A stretch of 64,000 nucleotides of DNA from Candidatus Paceibacter sp. (GCA_020724865.1 DYGA01000001.1:89438-153437), one strand, 5' to 3'. Counted from the stretch's first letter, positions 27,456 to 41,415 are shown. Made by a program: numbers and translations. Notes: generated from the sequence alone by a model not told the origin.

Positions 27456-28727
27456 CTAAAATAATTGATTTTGTTTGGGCTTTATTTGCAATTTTTCTGC
27501 TGCAGAAAAAATTTTTATTTTACCGTACTCGCCATCATAACCCGGTTCTACGCTTAATTTATTTTCTCTAACCCTTCTAATTCCAATTGGTAAAAGTGGA
27601 GAATATTTATTCAAATTTTCCAATTCGTCATTTGTCAAATTTATTAAGACATTAAATTCAGAACCAAAATTTTTTATGATCTCAAAATAAATATTTTGTA
27701 CTTTTTTGGCTTGCCTGTTTTGAATTGACAAACATTCGGCAATTATTTTGTCTAATTCAACCATCTTTTTAAAACCTGGCTTATGAGGTGGCAAATAACC
27801 ATAATCACGATCAGCTAACTCCTCAACACGATACTGCACGCCAACAGTTAACGGTTTTTGACATTTTGGACAAATACCTTTATTGTGCTTGGTTTGTTGT
27901 GGTGATAAAGCTATTTGACAATCCCGGTGACCATCAAAATGATAACGCCCCTCTTCGGGATAAAATTCAACAGTGTATAAAAATTTATTGACATCCTGTT
28001 GTTTCAAAATACGGATTAGTTCGTCGTAACTAAAATCTTGAGGCATTATTTCAAACACATTTGCTTCGCGACCAATATTTTGCAAAGAATGAGAGTCAGA
28101 ATTTGAGATTAATATATATTTATCCAAGGCAGATACCTGATAATTCATCAAAGGATCTGAAGAAAGACCAGTTTCTAAAGCAAATATATACGGCGCCATA
28201 TCTTCGTAGCATTCCTCTACATTATTAAAACCTGATTTGGAACCAAAAAGCGAAAACCAAGGCGTCCAAATGTGAGCCGGTATGACTTCGATTTTCTCAT
28301 CCACGGTTTTTGCCATCTCTAAAAAATCCCGATCAGACATGCCTAAAATTGGCCGACCGTCAGAGTGCAAATTTATTCCGTGATCTAATAATTTTTTATT
28401 TAATTTTTTTACGGCGGAAATATTTGGAGCTAAGACAATATTGTGGACTCTTCTAGTTTTTTCTCCTTTTTTATAAATAAAAGATAGTTCAGTGGTAAAA
28501 ATAAAATAAACTTCTGCATCACCTGTTTTCAAGGTATAAAATCCGCCACCATTATCTATTAATCTTTCTTCGCATTCCTTAAGCCAAATTGGGTGAGTAA
28601 AATCTGCAGTGGTGAGTAAATTTACGCCCTTAATTTTCCCCCACTTAGCTAAATTTTCCAGAGTCAACTCTGGAGAACAAGCCCGGCTAAAACGAGAGTG
28701 ATTATGAATGTCAGCTACTATACGCAT
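27456..28727 (-). CDS. Endonuclease Q family (PHP-like) protein
   Basis: ADIHNHSRFSRA, PAHIWTPW, ETGLSSDP, SNSDSHS, GRYHFDGHRDC...CPKC, PGYDGEYG. Confidence 0.88.
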   Translation of the reverse strand: MRIVADIHNHSRFSRACSPELTLENLAKWGKIKGVNLLTTADFTHPIWLKECEERLIDNGGGFYTLKTGDAEVYFIFTTELSFIYKKGEKTRRVHNIVLAPNISAVKKLNKKLLDHGINLHSDGRPILGMSDRDFLEMAKTVDEKIEVIPAHIWTPWFSLFGSKSGFNNVEECYEDMAPYIFALETGLSSDPLMNYQVSALDKYILISNSDSHSLQNIGREANVFEIMPQDFSYDELIRILKQQDVNKFLYTVEFYPEEGRYHFDGHRDCQIALSPQQTKHNKGICPKCQKPLTVGVQYRVEELADRDYGYLPPHKPGFKKMVELDKIIAECLSIQNRQAKKVQNIYFEIIKNFGSEFNVLINLTNDELENLNKYSPLLPIGIRRVRENKLSVEPGYDGEYGKIKIFSAAEKLQIKPKQNQLF

Positions 28728-28922
28728 GTTATTATAGTGTCATATTTTTTAAGCAAAAACAAATAACTAATCTCTTTAGTAAAAGATATTTTAATATTTT
28801 AAAAAAATTAATAATCTGCAGAAAAAATATATTACTAATATATTTGTCTATGCTGCTTTGCTAAAATTTTATATTTTATTTAAAAAAAATTTTTTGGAAC
28901 AATAAAAAAATAAGATACATAG

Positions 28923-29030
28923 TTCCCGCGCCGACCTACTTTCCCCAGATGAGTATCATCGGCGCTGATAGGCTTAACTTCCGTGTTCGGAATGAGAACG
29001 GGTGTGGCCCTATCGCTGTAGGCACGGGAA
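28923..29030 (-). rRNA. rrf: 5S rRNA (short variant)
   Basis: Conserved CTTAACTTCCGTGTTCGGAATGAGAACGGGTG on the + strand; terminal helix TTCCCGCGCC/GGCACGGGAA. Ends approximate. Confidence 0.93.
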
Positions 29031-29083
29031 CTATATATCTTATTTATAATTAAATAACTAAATAATTAGTCAATACAATTCTT

Positions 29084-32225
<3,142 letters not shown>

Positions 32226-32554
32226 CAAGAATAGTATTGGCTAATCTTGTGTCAGTAAAAACTGCATTGACTTACTTCAAACTTAGATTAATTTTTAATT
32301 TGCAATCGTTGCTCGTCACAAAAAATTTCTTTACAATAAAATTTTTTCTAACGACCAATTTGTTTATTTTTTTTCAGAGAAACAAAAAACCGCTCTTTAC
32401 AAGCGGCTGGCAGTTTTTTAAGACAACTAAAAATACCTATCCGCTTGTTTTTTGGTTTAAGGTTAAAAGTATTTTCATATATTTCGTGCTTAAGCAGTAT
32501 ATATTATATTTATATTTTTGACAAGTAGTGGATGTGGAAAAACTATATATAAAT

Positions 32555-32583
32555 ATTATATCATATTTTTATATTTTTGTCAA
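32555..32583 (-). promoter_or_regulatory. Consensus sigma70 promoter of the 23S-5S unit
   Basis: TTGACA-N17-TATAAT with an extended TG. Confidence 0.85.
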
Positions 32584-32651
32584 TAATATTCAATAAAAAA
32601 ATACAAAAATAAATAACAAACTGACAAAAAAATATATTATTTTTTAACAAT

Positions 32652-32801
32652 TGGTGTATTTAACAACCACGCTCGAACGCATTTTAGTAAAAATTACTGA
32701 ACTTGAACAGCTACCCCTTTTTCTGCCCGCCCCTCCCGAGCGGATTGGTTTTTGGCGCGTAGCGAATGGAGCAATTAATTTCGACAAAGTTAGTTTTGGT
32801 G
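32652..32801. mobile_element. Empty mini integrative element (about 145 bp) at the tRNA-Leu(TAG) 3' end
   Basis: TGGTG at both ends; left arm encodes GVFNNHARTHFSKNY*; GC-rich core; right arm is the 42-bp repeat also found at tRNA-Arg. Confidence 0.6.
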
Positions 32802-32883
32802 CCGGAGAGAGGACTTGAACCTCCACGGGGTTACCCCCACCAGCTCCTAAGGCTGGCGTGTATGCCAATTTCACCACTCCGGC
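32797..32883 (-). tRNA. tRNA-Leu(TAG)
   Basis: GCCGGAG/CTCCGGC-ACCA; CCAGC-CT-TAG-GA-GCTGG; long variable arm. Confidence 0.95.
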
Positions 32884-32982
32884 AAAATATTAACTAGCAA
32901 TTATAGTGTAAAAGAAAAGCTGTTGTCAAACAAGTTAAATTTTTATAAAATAATTAGAGAAAATAATAATTTATTTAAACTT

Positions 32983-35565
32983 ATGAGCCAAGAGGAGAGA
33001 CTCAAAGTTGTTGGTATTATCATGGTTTTAATTATGACCATGATTTTTATTTTACCAACAATTAGTCAAGCTAATAACAATCAAATCCAACCCGGCGATA
33101 TAATTATCACAGAAATTATGATCAATCCCAAGGCTGTTAGTGATACGGCCGGTGAGTGGTTGGAAATTTACAATTCAACCGAAAATGATATTGACTTATC
33201 AGAATGTGAATTTACTGACAATGGTAGTAATAAATTTATTATATCGCAACTGATAGTGCTGGCGGAATCTTATTCGGTGTTAGCGCGTAATGGCAATGCA
33301 AACGAAAATGGTGGTTTGACACCTGATTATATTTATACCAGTTATACCTTAACCAACACAGAAGATGTTATTATTCTAACTTGCCAAGGAACAGAAATTG
33401 ATCGTGTTGAATACAGTACAGTACTGGGTTTTACTATCCCTGATGGAGCTTCAATAATCTTAAAAGATTTAACTCTTGATAACAACGTTGGCGCCAATTG
33501 GTGCGCATCGGATAATATTTTTGGTGCGGGCGACAAAGGTACGCCGCAAACAGATAACGGCACTTGCGCCGAAACCATCACCCCCAATCCATCGCCGCTA
33601 ATTACCACTAACCGACCGCCAATAGCAGAAGCTGGGTCAAACAAAACCGTTGTTGTTGGCCAAACCGTGCAATTTGATGGTAGTAATTCTTATGATCCGG
33701 ATAATGATACGCTTAAATATAATTGGGATTTTGGTGATGGCAACAAAGCTACCGGGAAAACAACTACTCATATTTATCAACAAGCAAATATTTATTTGGT
33801 CACTCTGACGGTTGATGATGGTAAAATCTCTCAATCTGATTCACTTTCTGTCACTGTTAACAAACCGCAAATCAATAACTACCAAAATAAACTTATTATT
33901 TCCGAGCTTATGCCCAATCCCGAGGGGTCAGATGAAGATGAATGGATTGAACTTTATAATCAAAGCTCTGAACCAATAGATTTATTGGGTTTATATATAA
34001 TTGATGCCAGTAATAAAAAATATACATTTAACACTGATGATTTTGCTTCAATGGTGATTCCTGCTAATAGCTACTTTTTACTTCCGCGCGCGATCTCTAA
34101 AATAAATTTAAATAATACTCCTCCAGAAACCGTTGCTATTGTTTCACTAAATAATGAAACTATAAATGAAGTAACTTATTTTGACTCTGCTAAAGAAGGT
34201 TGGAGTTTAATTTTTTTTGCTGATGAATATCAATGGACCAATACTCCTACCCCCGGTTATGCCAATCAATTAAATTTATCAAGCGAAGATTCAAATATTA
34301 ATCAGGATGAAATTAATGATGAGGATAATACTAATGAAGAATTATTAAGTTTCAATCAAAATTGCCAATCAGCTAAAAACAATCAAATAATTTTAAATGA
34401 ACTTTTACCTTCACCTCAAGGTGATGACCGGATATTTGAATTTATTGAAATAAAAAATGTTTCCACTCTTCCTGCAAACTTGTGTGGTTGGAGCGTGAGC
34501 GATCTGACAAGACAATATTTTTTTCCAGACAATGTTATTATACCACCTTTAGGATTTTATCTAGTTGAACCAATTACATCTCATATCAGTCTAAACAACA
34601 ATGGCGATCAAATCAGTTTATATAATAGTAATGATGAGCTGGTAGATTTTACTAGTTATGGTAAAGCGGGTATTGATCAATCATGGGCACGAGCTTCGGA
34701 TAAAAGCTGGTTATGGACAAAAAATATTTCGCCGAACGAAGAAAATATTTTTTCGGAAAATACAAATGTTACCAATGAAATAATTAATTCTTCATTAACC
34801 AATAATACCAACGAATATGTTTATTTGCCTTTAGAAGAGATAAACCAAACTCAAGTTAATGATAAAGTAATTGTTACCGGAATAATTACGGCTGAACCAG
34901 GTCGGTTAGGATCGCAAATAATGTATATTATGAATGTAAATGGTTTACAAATATATCAACATTTTAAACGTTGGCCCGCAGGACTAACTGTGGGCGATCG
35001 GGTAGAAATAAAAGGTATTATGTCTTTTCCCTCTGGCCTACCACGTTTAAAAGTTCAAACAACTGACGATATATATGTTTTAGAAAAAAACCAATTTGCT
35101 AAACTAGTATTACCAATTGTTACCACCGACGAATTAACTGAAGAACTAATTGGCTCACTCATAACCATAGTCGGCACGATAGTAGAAATAAAAAAAGGCA
35201 GTTTAATGCTGGCTGACGATCAAGGTGAAATTAATTTAGTGATTAAACCTTCCACAGAAATTAATTTGCCGCCAATCAAAGAGGGTGATATAATTGAGGT
35301 AATTGGTATACTTGATAAAACAACGGCGGGCTGGAGGTTGCTTCCGCGATTCAATACGGATTTAAAAATTATTGAGGTAAAAAGTTTTACAACTTCTTCA
35401 CCAATTTTAGAAAATGACCAAAAAAATTTAAAAAATAATTTTAGCAATAAATTAATTAACTACTTATATATTACTTTACTGGCTGTTATAATTATGCTCA
35501 GCCGATTAATTTACAAATTAAAAAAACAACAATATGGATACACCAACAACCAAAAAGTTAACTGA
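32983..35565 (+). CDS. Surface protein: three lamin-tail domains, one PKD domain, two OB folds, C-terminal TM anchor
   Basis: Three IIxE(I/L)(M/L)xxP...E(W/F)(L/I)E(I/L)xN repeats; PKD motifs FDGSNSYDPD/WDFGDG; OB-like GDRVEIKG and GDIIEVIG; signal-like N-terminus. Start moved to the ATG at 32983. Confidence 0.85.
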   Translation: MSQEERLKVVGIIMVLIMTMIFILPTISQANNNQIQPGDIIITEIMINPKAVSDTAGEWLEIYNSTENDIDLSECEFTDNGSNKFIISQLIVLAESYSVLARNGNANENGGLTPDYIYTSYTLTNTEDVIILTCQGTEIDRVEYSTVLGFTIPDGASIILKDLTLDNNVGANWCASDNIFGAGDKGTPQTDNGTCAETITPNPSPLITTNRPPIAEAGSNKTVVVGQTVQFDGSNSYDPDNDTLKYNWDFGDGNKATGKTTTHIYQQANIYLVTLTVDDGKISQSDSLSVTVNKPQINNYQNKLIISELMPNPEGSDEDEWIELYNQSSEPIDLLGLYIIDASNKKYTFNTDDFASMVIPANSYFLLPRAISKINLNNTPPETVAIVSLNNETINEVTYFDSAKEGWSLIFFADEYQWTNTPTPGYANQLNLSSEDSNINQDEINDEDNTNEELLSFNQNCQSAKNNQIILNELLPSPQGDDRIFEFIEIKNVSTLPANLCGWSVSDLTRQYFFPDNVIIPPLGFYLVEPITSHISLNNNGDQISLYNSNDELVDFTSYGKAGIDQSWARASDKSWLWTKNISPNEENIFSENTNVTNEIINSSLTNNTNEYVYLPLEEINQTQVNDKVIVTGIITAEPGRLGSQIMYIMNVNGLQIYQHFKRWPAGLTVGDRVEIKGIMSFPSGLPRLKVQTTDDIYVLEKNQFAKLVLPIVTTDELTEELIGSLITIVGTIVEIKKGSLMLADDQGEINLVIKPSTEINLPPIKEGDIIEVIGILDKTTAGWRLLPRFNTDLKIIEVKSFTTSSPILENDQKNLKNNFSNKLINYLYITLLAVIIMLSRLIYKLKKQQYGYTNNQKVN

Positions 35566-35746
35566 TTTTGATAACTTTTGGAAAATCATAACTTTAGTAT
35601 CGGTAGCGGTTATTGCTGAAGGCGTAATTCTCTGGGCAGCCACTTCAGATATGGCTGTTAACTGGACTTATGATACGGTTATTGCTCCTCGAGAAGTAGC
35701 TCAAGAATCTGTTGTGGATCAAACACCAGAAATGGTTAATGAATAA
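35534..35746 (+). CDS. Small single-TM protein
   Basis: 70 aa with one hydrophobic helix; overlaps the end of the LTD gene. Confidence 0.55.
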   Translation: MDTPTTKKLTDFDNFWKIITLVSVAVIAEGVILWAATSDMAVNWTYDTVIAPREVAQESVVDQTPEMVNE

Positions 35747-35754
35747 AAGCAAAA

Positions 35755-35900
35755 TAAAAAGGCCCATTATACTGCGGACAAGAAAATTTTTATAAGGAGC
35801 ATTAAAAGCTAAAAGCCTTTAAAATCCTAATAAAAATCCCCATGCTTGTCGTGCCCGCAGAATAATGGGCTTTTTTATATTGTCTTTTTTTTGAGTGCTA
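35755..35900 (-). ncRNA. Candidate structured small RNA
   Basis: Promoter TTGACA-N17-TATGCT (35908-35936, minus strand) points into a long hairpin GCCCATTAT..CTGCGG / CCGCAG..ATAATGGGC that ends in a U-tract; no ORF; contains ACAAGCATGGGGA. Confidence 0.5.
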
Positions 35901-35983
35901 ACAAAGTAGCATAGCAAAAAAAATTTTACTTGTCAAGAGTAAAAAATTTAGTTAGATTAATCTTAAATAATTAATCATAATAT

Positions 35984-37501
35984 ATGCAATTAATAGTTCA
36001 ACCAACACCTTTAGAAAAAATTAAAGCTGACCTATTGGTAGTTAATACTTTTGCCGGCGATACCAAGCCCAATGGCGGCACTGGAGCGGTAGATAAAAAA
36101 TTGCATGGGGCAATAAGTAAAAAAATTAAAAGTATAAATTTCTTAGGTAAAAATGCAGGCGATTATTTCTTATTAGATAATCATCAATCAACTGGCCCTA
36201 AACAAATTATGGTTATATCTTTAGGTGAAAGAAAAAATTTTTCTTTGGATGTAATTAGAAAAGTTGCTGCTTTGTCACTCCTCGAAGGTAAAAAACAAAA
36301 TGCAAAAATTATTACTACTATTTTACACGGTGCCGGTAATGGTGGCCAAAACGCTCAACAGTGCGCCCAAAGTTTAACTGAGGGTATATTGCTAAGTAAT
36401 TATCACTTTGATAAATATTTAAACGAACAGAAAAAAATAAACCGAATCAATAAAATAAAAAAAATAATAATTAGTCAGAGAAATAAAAAAAATTTAACAG
36501 CAATCAAACAAGGTATAAAATTGGGCACAATTTTTGCTGAGGGACAAAATTTTGCCCGTGACTTAGTCAATGAACCAGGTCTTACCATGGACCCAAAAGT
36601 CTTGGCCGATACTGCCAAAAATATTGCTGCAAAGAATAAAAATATATCCGTTAAAATTTTTACACAAACAGACATTGCCAAATTGGGTATGAACGCTTTT
36701 TTGGCTGTAGCTGCGGGCAGTGAAAAAAATCCTTATTTTATTCATCTTACTTATCAACCGCAAACTAAACCTCAGCGAAAAATTGTTGTTGTTGGCAAAA
36801 GTATAACTTTTGACTCCGGAGGATTGTCACTAAAACCGGCTGATAGTATGACGACAATGAAATGCGATATGGCTGGCGGAGCAGCTGTTTTGGGTTTATT
36901 TTCAGTGCTATCTAAGCTTCAACCAAACGTTGAAATACATGGGCTACTGGCTGCTTGTGAAAACATGCCATCGGGTTCAGCAATCAGAGTGGGTGATGTT
37001 GTCCAAGCAATGAATGGAAAAACTATTGAAATTTTGAATACTGATGCTGAAGGTAGATTGACCTTGGCTGATGCCCTAACTTATGCGGAAAAATTAAAAC
37101 CAGATTTTATAATTGATCTGGCTACCTTAACCGGTGCGGCAATTGTAGCTTTGGGAGAAAACATCGCCGCTCTGATGACTGACAATAAAGAATTGGAAAA
37201 TAAACTTATTAAAGCTGGGGAATCAACCGGAGAAAAAATTTGGCCATTACCTCTGGAAAAAAATTATCTCTCACATATTAAAAGCAATGTGGCTGATATA
37301 CAAAATGTTGGTAAAGGTAAGGGCGTAGCTGGCACAATTGCGGCAGGATTATTTTTACAGCAGTTCGTAAAAAAGACTCCGTGGGCACATTTAGATATAG
37401 CTGGCCCGGCTTGGACTGAAGATAAATCTATTCCTTATTTAACGGTTGGTGGAAGCGGTTGGGGTGTAAGGTTATTGCTTGATTATATAAAAAATTTATA
37501 A
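35984..37501 (+). CDS. pepA: Leucyl aminopeptidase (M17)
   Basis: GKSITFDSGGLSLK, MKCDMAG, NTDAEGRL, DLATLTGA, WAHLDIAG. Confidence 0.96.
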   Translation: MQLIVQPTPLEKIKADLLVVNTFAGDTKPNGGTGAVDKKLHGAISKKIKSINFLGKNAGDYFLLDNHQSTGPKQIMVISLGERKNFSLDVIRKVAALSLLEGKKQNAKIITTILHGAGNGGQNAQQCAQSLTEGILLSNYHFDKYLNEQKKINRINKIKKIIISQRNKKNLTAIKQGIKLGTIFAEGQNFARDLVNEPGLTMDPKVLADTAKNIAAKNKNISVKIFTQTDIAKLGMNAFLAVAAGSEKNPYFIHLTYQPQTKPQRKIVVVGKSITFDSGGLSLKPADSMTTMKCDMAGGAAVLGLFSVLSKLQPNVEIHGLLAACENMPSGSAIRVGDVVQAMNGKTIEILNTDAEGRLTLADALTYAEKLKPDFIIDLATLTGAAIVALGENIAALMTDNKELENKLIKAGESTGEKIWPLPLEKNYLSHIKSNVADIQNVGKGKGVAGTIAAGLFLQQFVKKTPWAHLDIAGPAWTEDKSIPYLTVGGSGWGVRLLLDYIKNL

Positions 37502-37572
37502 AAAAATTAATTAAAAATCAGTTCACAATAAAGAACTGATTTTAATTTTCTTATTAATTTAATCTTAAAAAC

Positions 37573-38316
37573 TTAACTATTATGATTGGTCATTTTTTCA
37601 AAAGCTCGTAAAATTTCCAAAGGAATAGCAAAAATAATTGTATTGGACTGATCCGAACTTACATCATTTAGGGTGCTTAAAGTTCGCAAATGCAAAGCTC
37701 CCTGTTGAGCAGATAAAATACCAGCAGCTTTAGCCAAATTTTCTGCTGCTGCCACTTCGCCTTGTGATTTTATAACTACCGAGCGTCTTTCTCTTTCTGC
37801 CTCAGCCTGTTTAGCTATAACCCGCTGCATATCATCAGGTAGTATAATGTCTTTGAGTTCAACACTTTCCACACTAATCCCCCAAGGGTCAGTGGCTTTA
37901 TCTACGATTTGTTTGATTTTTTGTGCTGCAGTTTCACGATTAGCCAGTAGTTCATCAAGTTCCAATTCGCCACAAACATTACGCATAGTAGTTTGTGCCA
38001 ACTGCGACACAGCATACTGAAATTTTTCCACTTCCAACACTGCTTTATCAGCGTGCTTTACCCGATAATAAATCACGGCATTAATTTTAGCTGAAACATT
38101 ATCGCGGGTAATTGTTTCTTGAAAAGGTACATCGACAGCTTTAACTCTAATATCCACTTTGGTCATGCTTTGGAAAATTGGCCAAACCAAACGCCAACCA
38201 GGATTTACAACTTTAATAAATTTTCCCAACTGAAACTTAACACCTCGCTCATATTGATCAACTTGACGTATGCTCATAATTATTAAAATTAAAATAAAAC
38301 CAATAAAATACCACAT
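37573..38316 (-). CDS. SPFH/stomatin-like (slipin) protein
   Basis: YERGVKF, ITRDNV, AQTTMR, WGISVESVELKD, QAEAERERR. Confidence 0.92.
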   Translation of the reverse strand: MWYFIGFILILIIMSIRQVDQYERGVKFQLGKFIKVVNPGWRLVWPIFQSMTKVDIRVKAVDVPFQETITRDNVSAKINAVIYYRVKHADKAVLEVEKFQYAVSQLAQTTMRNVCGELELDELLANRETAAQKIKQIVDKATDPWGISVESVELKDIILPDDMQRVIAKQAEAERERRSVVIKSQGEVAAAENLAKAAGILSAQQGALHLRTLSTLNDVSSDQSNTIIFAIPLEILRAFEKMTNHNS

Positions 38317-38419
38317 ATATTTTAGAGAAAATAATTAGTTTGTTTTATTATAACGAATTCTATTAAAATACACTATGGCAACTTGTCAAAGTGCATCAAT
38401 ACAGTTAATCTTAAAACAT

Positions 38420-39439
38420 ATGACGGACAGAATAATTTCACCAACTAGCAAAGAAGAAGATATAAAATTGGACCAAACTTTACGGCCAAAAACCATGACT
38501 GATTTTATTGGGCAAGATAAAGTTAAAAAAAATTTGGAAATTTTTATTGGTGCGGCTAAAAAAAGACAAGAACCAATCGAACACACGCTTCTGTACGGAC
38601 CTCCGGGCTTAGGAAAAACTTCACTGGCTTATATTATTGCCAATGAAATGAACGCTCAAATCAGAGTTACTTCAGGCCCAGCTATTGAACGTAGCGGAGA
38701 TTTGGCGGCAATTCTTACCAATTTAAACGATGGTGATATTTTATTTATTGATGAAATACATCGTTTAAACAAAGTGGTTGAAGAAATCTTATACCCTGCT
38801 ATGGAAGATTTTGCTTTGGATATAATTGTCGGTAAAGGACCTTCAGCTAGAACCTTGAGAATTGATTTGCCTCATTTTAGTATTATTGGCGCTACCACTA
38901 AATATCATTTATTATCTTCACCATTACGTGATCGGTTCGGTTCAACTTGGCGATTGGATTTTTATACCAATGATAATATTACTCAAATTATCAAACGAGC
39001 AGCAAAAATTTTAAATTTCACAATTGATGAAGAATCAGCCAAAATACTATCTACTCGAGCTAGACAAACTCCGCGCATTGCCATTCGCTTACTCAAAAGA
39101 ATTCGTGATTTTGCTGATATAAAAAACCACGGCCAAATCAACCCGTCAATTACCAATGAAGCTTTGGCTTTATTGGATATTGATGAGATGGGACTTGATG
39201 AAATTGATCGAAGATTATTAAAAATTATTATAGAAAAATACCAGGGCGGTCCAGTAGGATTGGGGACTCTTGCCGCTTCCTTATCTGAAGATATTGGCAC
39301 GATCGATGAAATATATGAACCTTGGTTAATGCAGTTAGGATTTTTAGCTAGAACTCCAAAAGGAAGAATCGCTACAAAACTAGCATACGAACACCTAAAA
39401 TTAACACCACCTCCTAACCAACAAGAAAAACTAATATGA
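38420..39439 (+). CDS. ruvB: Holliday junction helicase RuvB
   Basis: [32 protein letters not shown]; start moved to the ATG at 38420. Confidence 0.97.
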   Translation: MTDRIISPTSKEEDIKLDQTLRPKTMTDFIGQDKVKKNLEIFIGAAKKRQEPIEHTLLYGPPGLGKTSLAYIIANEMNAQIRVTSGPAIERSGDLAAILTNLNDGDILFIDEIHRLNKVVEEILYPAMEDFALDIIVGKGPSARTLRIDLPHFSIIGATTKYHLLSSPLRDRFGSTWRLDFYTNDNITQIIKRAAKILNFTIDEESAKILSTRARQTPRIAIRLLKRIRDFADIKNHGQINPSITNEALALLDIDEMGLDEIDRRLLKIIIEKYQGGPVGLGTLAASLSEDIGTIDEIYEPWLMQLGFLARTPKGRIATKLAYEHLKLTPPPNQQEKLI

Positions 39440-39675
39440 CAATATATTTATGGTATTTTTTAATTCCTTATGCCTTATTCAGTTTGGTGATTTTTGTCAT
39501 GGCCTGGTTTAATTTGTATCATATTATACGTTTTAGCTTTTCCAATTCAACCTCAACAATCAATATTATTATTTATCTATTAGGTTTATCTATTATCTTA
39601 ATAACTTCACTGATTGGCATTCTACAGTATGATTGGTCACAAGCTATTGAAATTAATTTATCTTTAAATGCTTAA
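39436..39675 (+). CDS. Small membrane protein
   Basis: Two TM segments; start overlaps the ruvB stop. Confidence 0.7.
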   Translation: MTIYLWYFLIPYALFSLVIFVMAWFNLYHIIRFSFSNSTSTINIIIYLLGLSIILITSLIGILQYDWSQAIEINLSLNA

Positions 39676-40300
39676 GAATCATTTTTTTCCTTCTCAAAAA
39701 CCAGATGAAAAAATTATTATGTTGCGTCGCCGTCATTGGTTAATAGCCGCTACTATTATTTTAAAATATGGACTATTTCTTTTAGCGCCAATTATATTAT
39801 ATTTTCTCATTAACAATGTTTTTACTTTTGTGGAAATTAGACTGGAACAAAGTCTATTAGCCGGCCCATTACTGACTTTATTATTATCTTTATACTATAG
39901 CTTAACTTGGGTTTTATTTTGGCATGCTTGGATTGATTATTATCTAGACGTTTGGATAGTAACTGATAAACGAATTGTCAATATAAAACAAAAAGGGTTA
40001 TTTTCCCGTTCCATATCTGAAGCTAAACTTTATCGTATACAAGACGTCCAAGCAGAAGTACACGGCCTATTGCCAACTTTTTTTCATTTTGGCAATGTTA
40101 CTATACGCACTGCTGGTAATGAAACATTTGCCGTTTTTGAACAAGTCCCTAGTCCCTACGAAACTTCCCGAGAAATTTTAAAACTGGTTGAATACGAAAA
40201 AAAACATCACGACAATAATGATGATAATAAAATTAATACAATAAAAGCTGGTGATCCAGATCACGACTCAATCAATAATCAAATCTACCATGGAGCTTAA
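39668..40300 (+). CDS. Membrane protein with bacterial PH domain
   Basis: Two TM helices, then WIVTDKRIV...GLFSR...IQDV...FGNVTIRTAG. Confidence 0.85.
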   Translation: MLKNHFFPSQKPDEKIIMLRRRHWLIAATIILKYGLFLLAPIILYFLINNVFTFVEIRLEQSLLAGPLLTLLLSLYYSLTWVLFWHAWIDYYLDVWIVTDKRIVNIKQKGLFSRSISEAKLYRIQDVQAEVHGLLPTFFHFGNVTIRTAGNETFAVFEQVPSPYETSREILKLVEYEKKHHDNNDDNKINTIKAGDPDHDSINNQIYHGA

Positions 40301-41339
40301 AGACTTTAATTATTTTCTACCAACAAATCTAATTGCTCAAGTACCAGTTAAACCGCGCGACCACTCGCGGCTTTTTGTATATAATCGAGAGACGAAAAAA
40401 ATAAAACATGACTATTTTTACAATTTGCCATTATATTTAAAATCGGGTGATGTGTTAGTGTTAAATAACACTAAAGTTTTTCCTGCTAGATTACTTGGAC
40501 ACAAAGACACTGGAGGAAAAATTGAAATATTTTTACTAAAAAAAATAAATAAAAACAGCTGGCAAGTTTTAGTAGGCAATAAAAGAAAAAAATTAAACAA
40601 AAAAATTTATTTCAGTAAAAAATTTTTTGGTACTTTGATTAAAAATAACCAAGATGGTACTTGGGTGATTAAATTTAACCTTAGCGGAAATAATTTTTGG
40701 CAACAAATAAATAAATATGGCCATACCCCCTTGCCACCATATATTAAAAAGGACGCTAAACTAAAAGACTACCAAACAATTTTTGCCAATAAAATCGGTT
40801 CAGTTGCAGCTCCTACGGCTGGCCTTCATTTTACAAAAACTTTAATCAACAAATTAAAAAAACAAGGTTTACAAATAGAATATATAACCTTACATGTTGG
40901 TCTGGGCACCTTTGCACCTGTCAAAACAAAAAATATTACTAAACATAAATTGCATTCGGAATGGGTGGAAATAGGAAAAAGAACTGCTAACAGACTAAAT
41001 GCCGCTAAAAAATCTGGCAAAAAAATTATTGCTGTAGGAACAACCAGCATCAGAGCTCTCGAAGCGCTAACCCAAAAACAGAAAAATAAATACATAATTA
41101 AACCAGCAAAAAAATGGGTTAATATTTTTATTTACCCCGGCTATAAATTCAAATTTGTTGATATGATTATTACTAATTTTCATTTACCTAAAAGTTCTTT
41201 ACTTATGTTAATAGCCGCATTTCTGGCTACAGAAAAAAATAAATATTCTGGCATAACTAAACTACAAAAAATATATAAACTTGCTATTCAAAAAAAATAT
41301 CGCTTTTACTCGTTTGGCGATGGAATGTTGATTAAATGA
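40290..41339 (+). CDS. queA: SAM:tRNA ribosyltransferase-isomerase
   Basis: LIAQVP, NNTKVFPARL, PLPPYI, SVAAPTAGLHF, LHVGLGTF, TNFHLPKS, RFYSFGD; start moved to 40290. Confidence 0.97.
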   Translation: MELKDFNYFLPTNLIAQVPVKPRDHSRLFVYNRETKKIKHDYFYNLPLYLKSGDVLVLNNTKVFPARLLGHKDTGGKIEIFLLKKINKNSWQVLVGNKRKKLNKKIYFSKKFFGTLIKNNQDGTWVIKFNLSGNNFWQQINKYGHTPLPPYIKKDAKLKDYQTIFANKIGSVAAPTAGLHFTKTLINKLKKQGLQIEYITLHVGLGTFAPVKTKNITKHKLHSEWVEIGKRTANRLNAAKKSGKKIIAVGTTSIRALEALTQKQKNKYIIKPAKKWVNIFIYPGYKFKFVDMIITNFHLPKSSLLMLIAAFLATEKNKYSGITKLQKIYKLAIQKKYRFYSFGDGMLIK

Positions 41340-41415
41340 AAATTTAACTAGCTTGAATTTTATTATTAATTAACTTATAATTTAAACACTTTATTTTTAA
41401 TTACTGAATTTTTAT

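Noticed and set aside
35893-35901. CIRCE element (GAGTGCTAA)
   Set aside because: Only one half-site; no TTAGCACTC at the N9 spacing.
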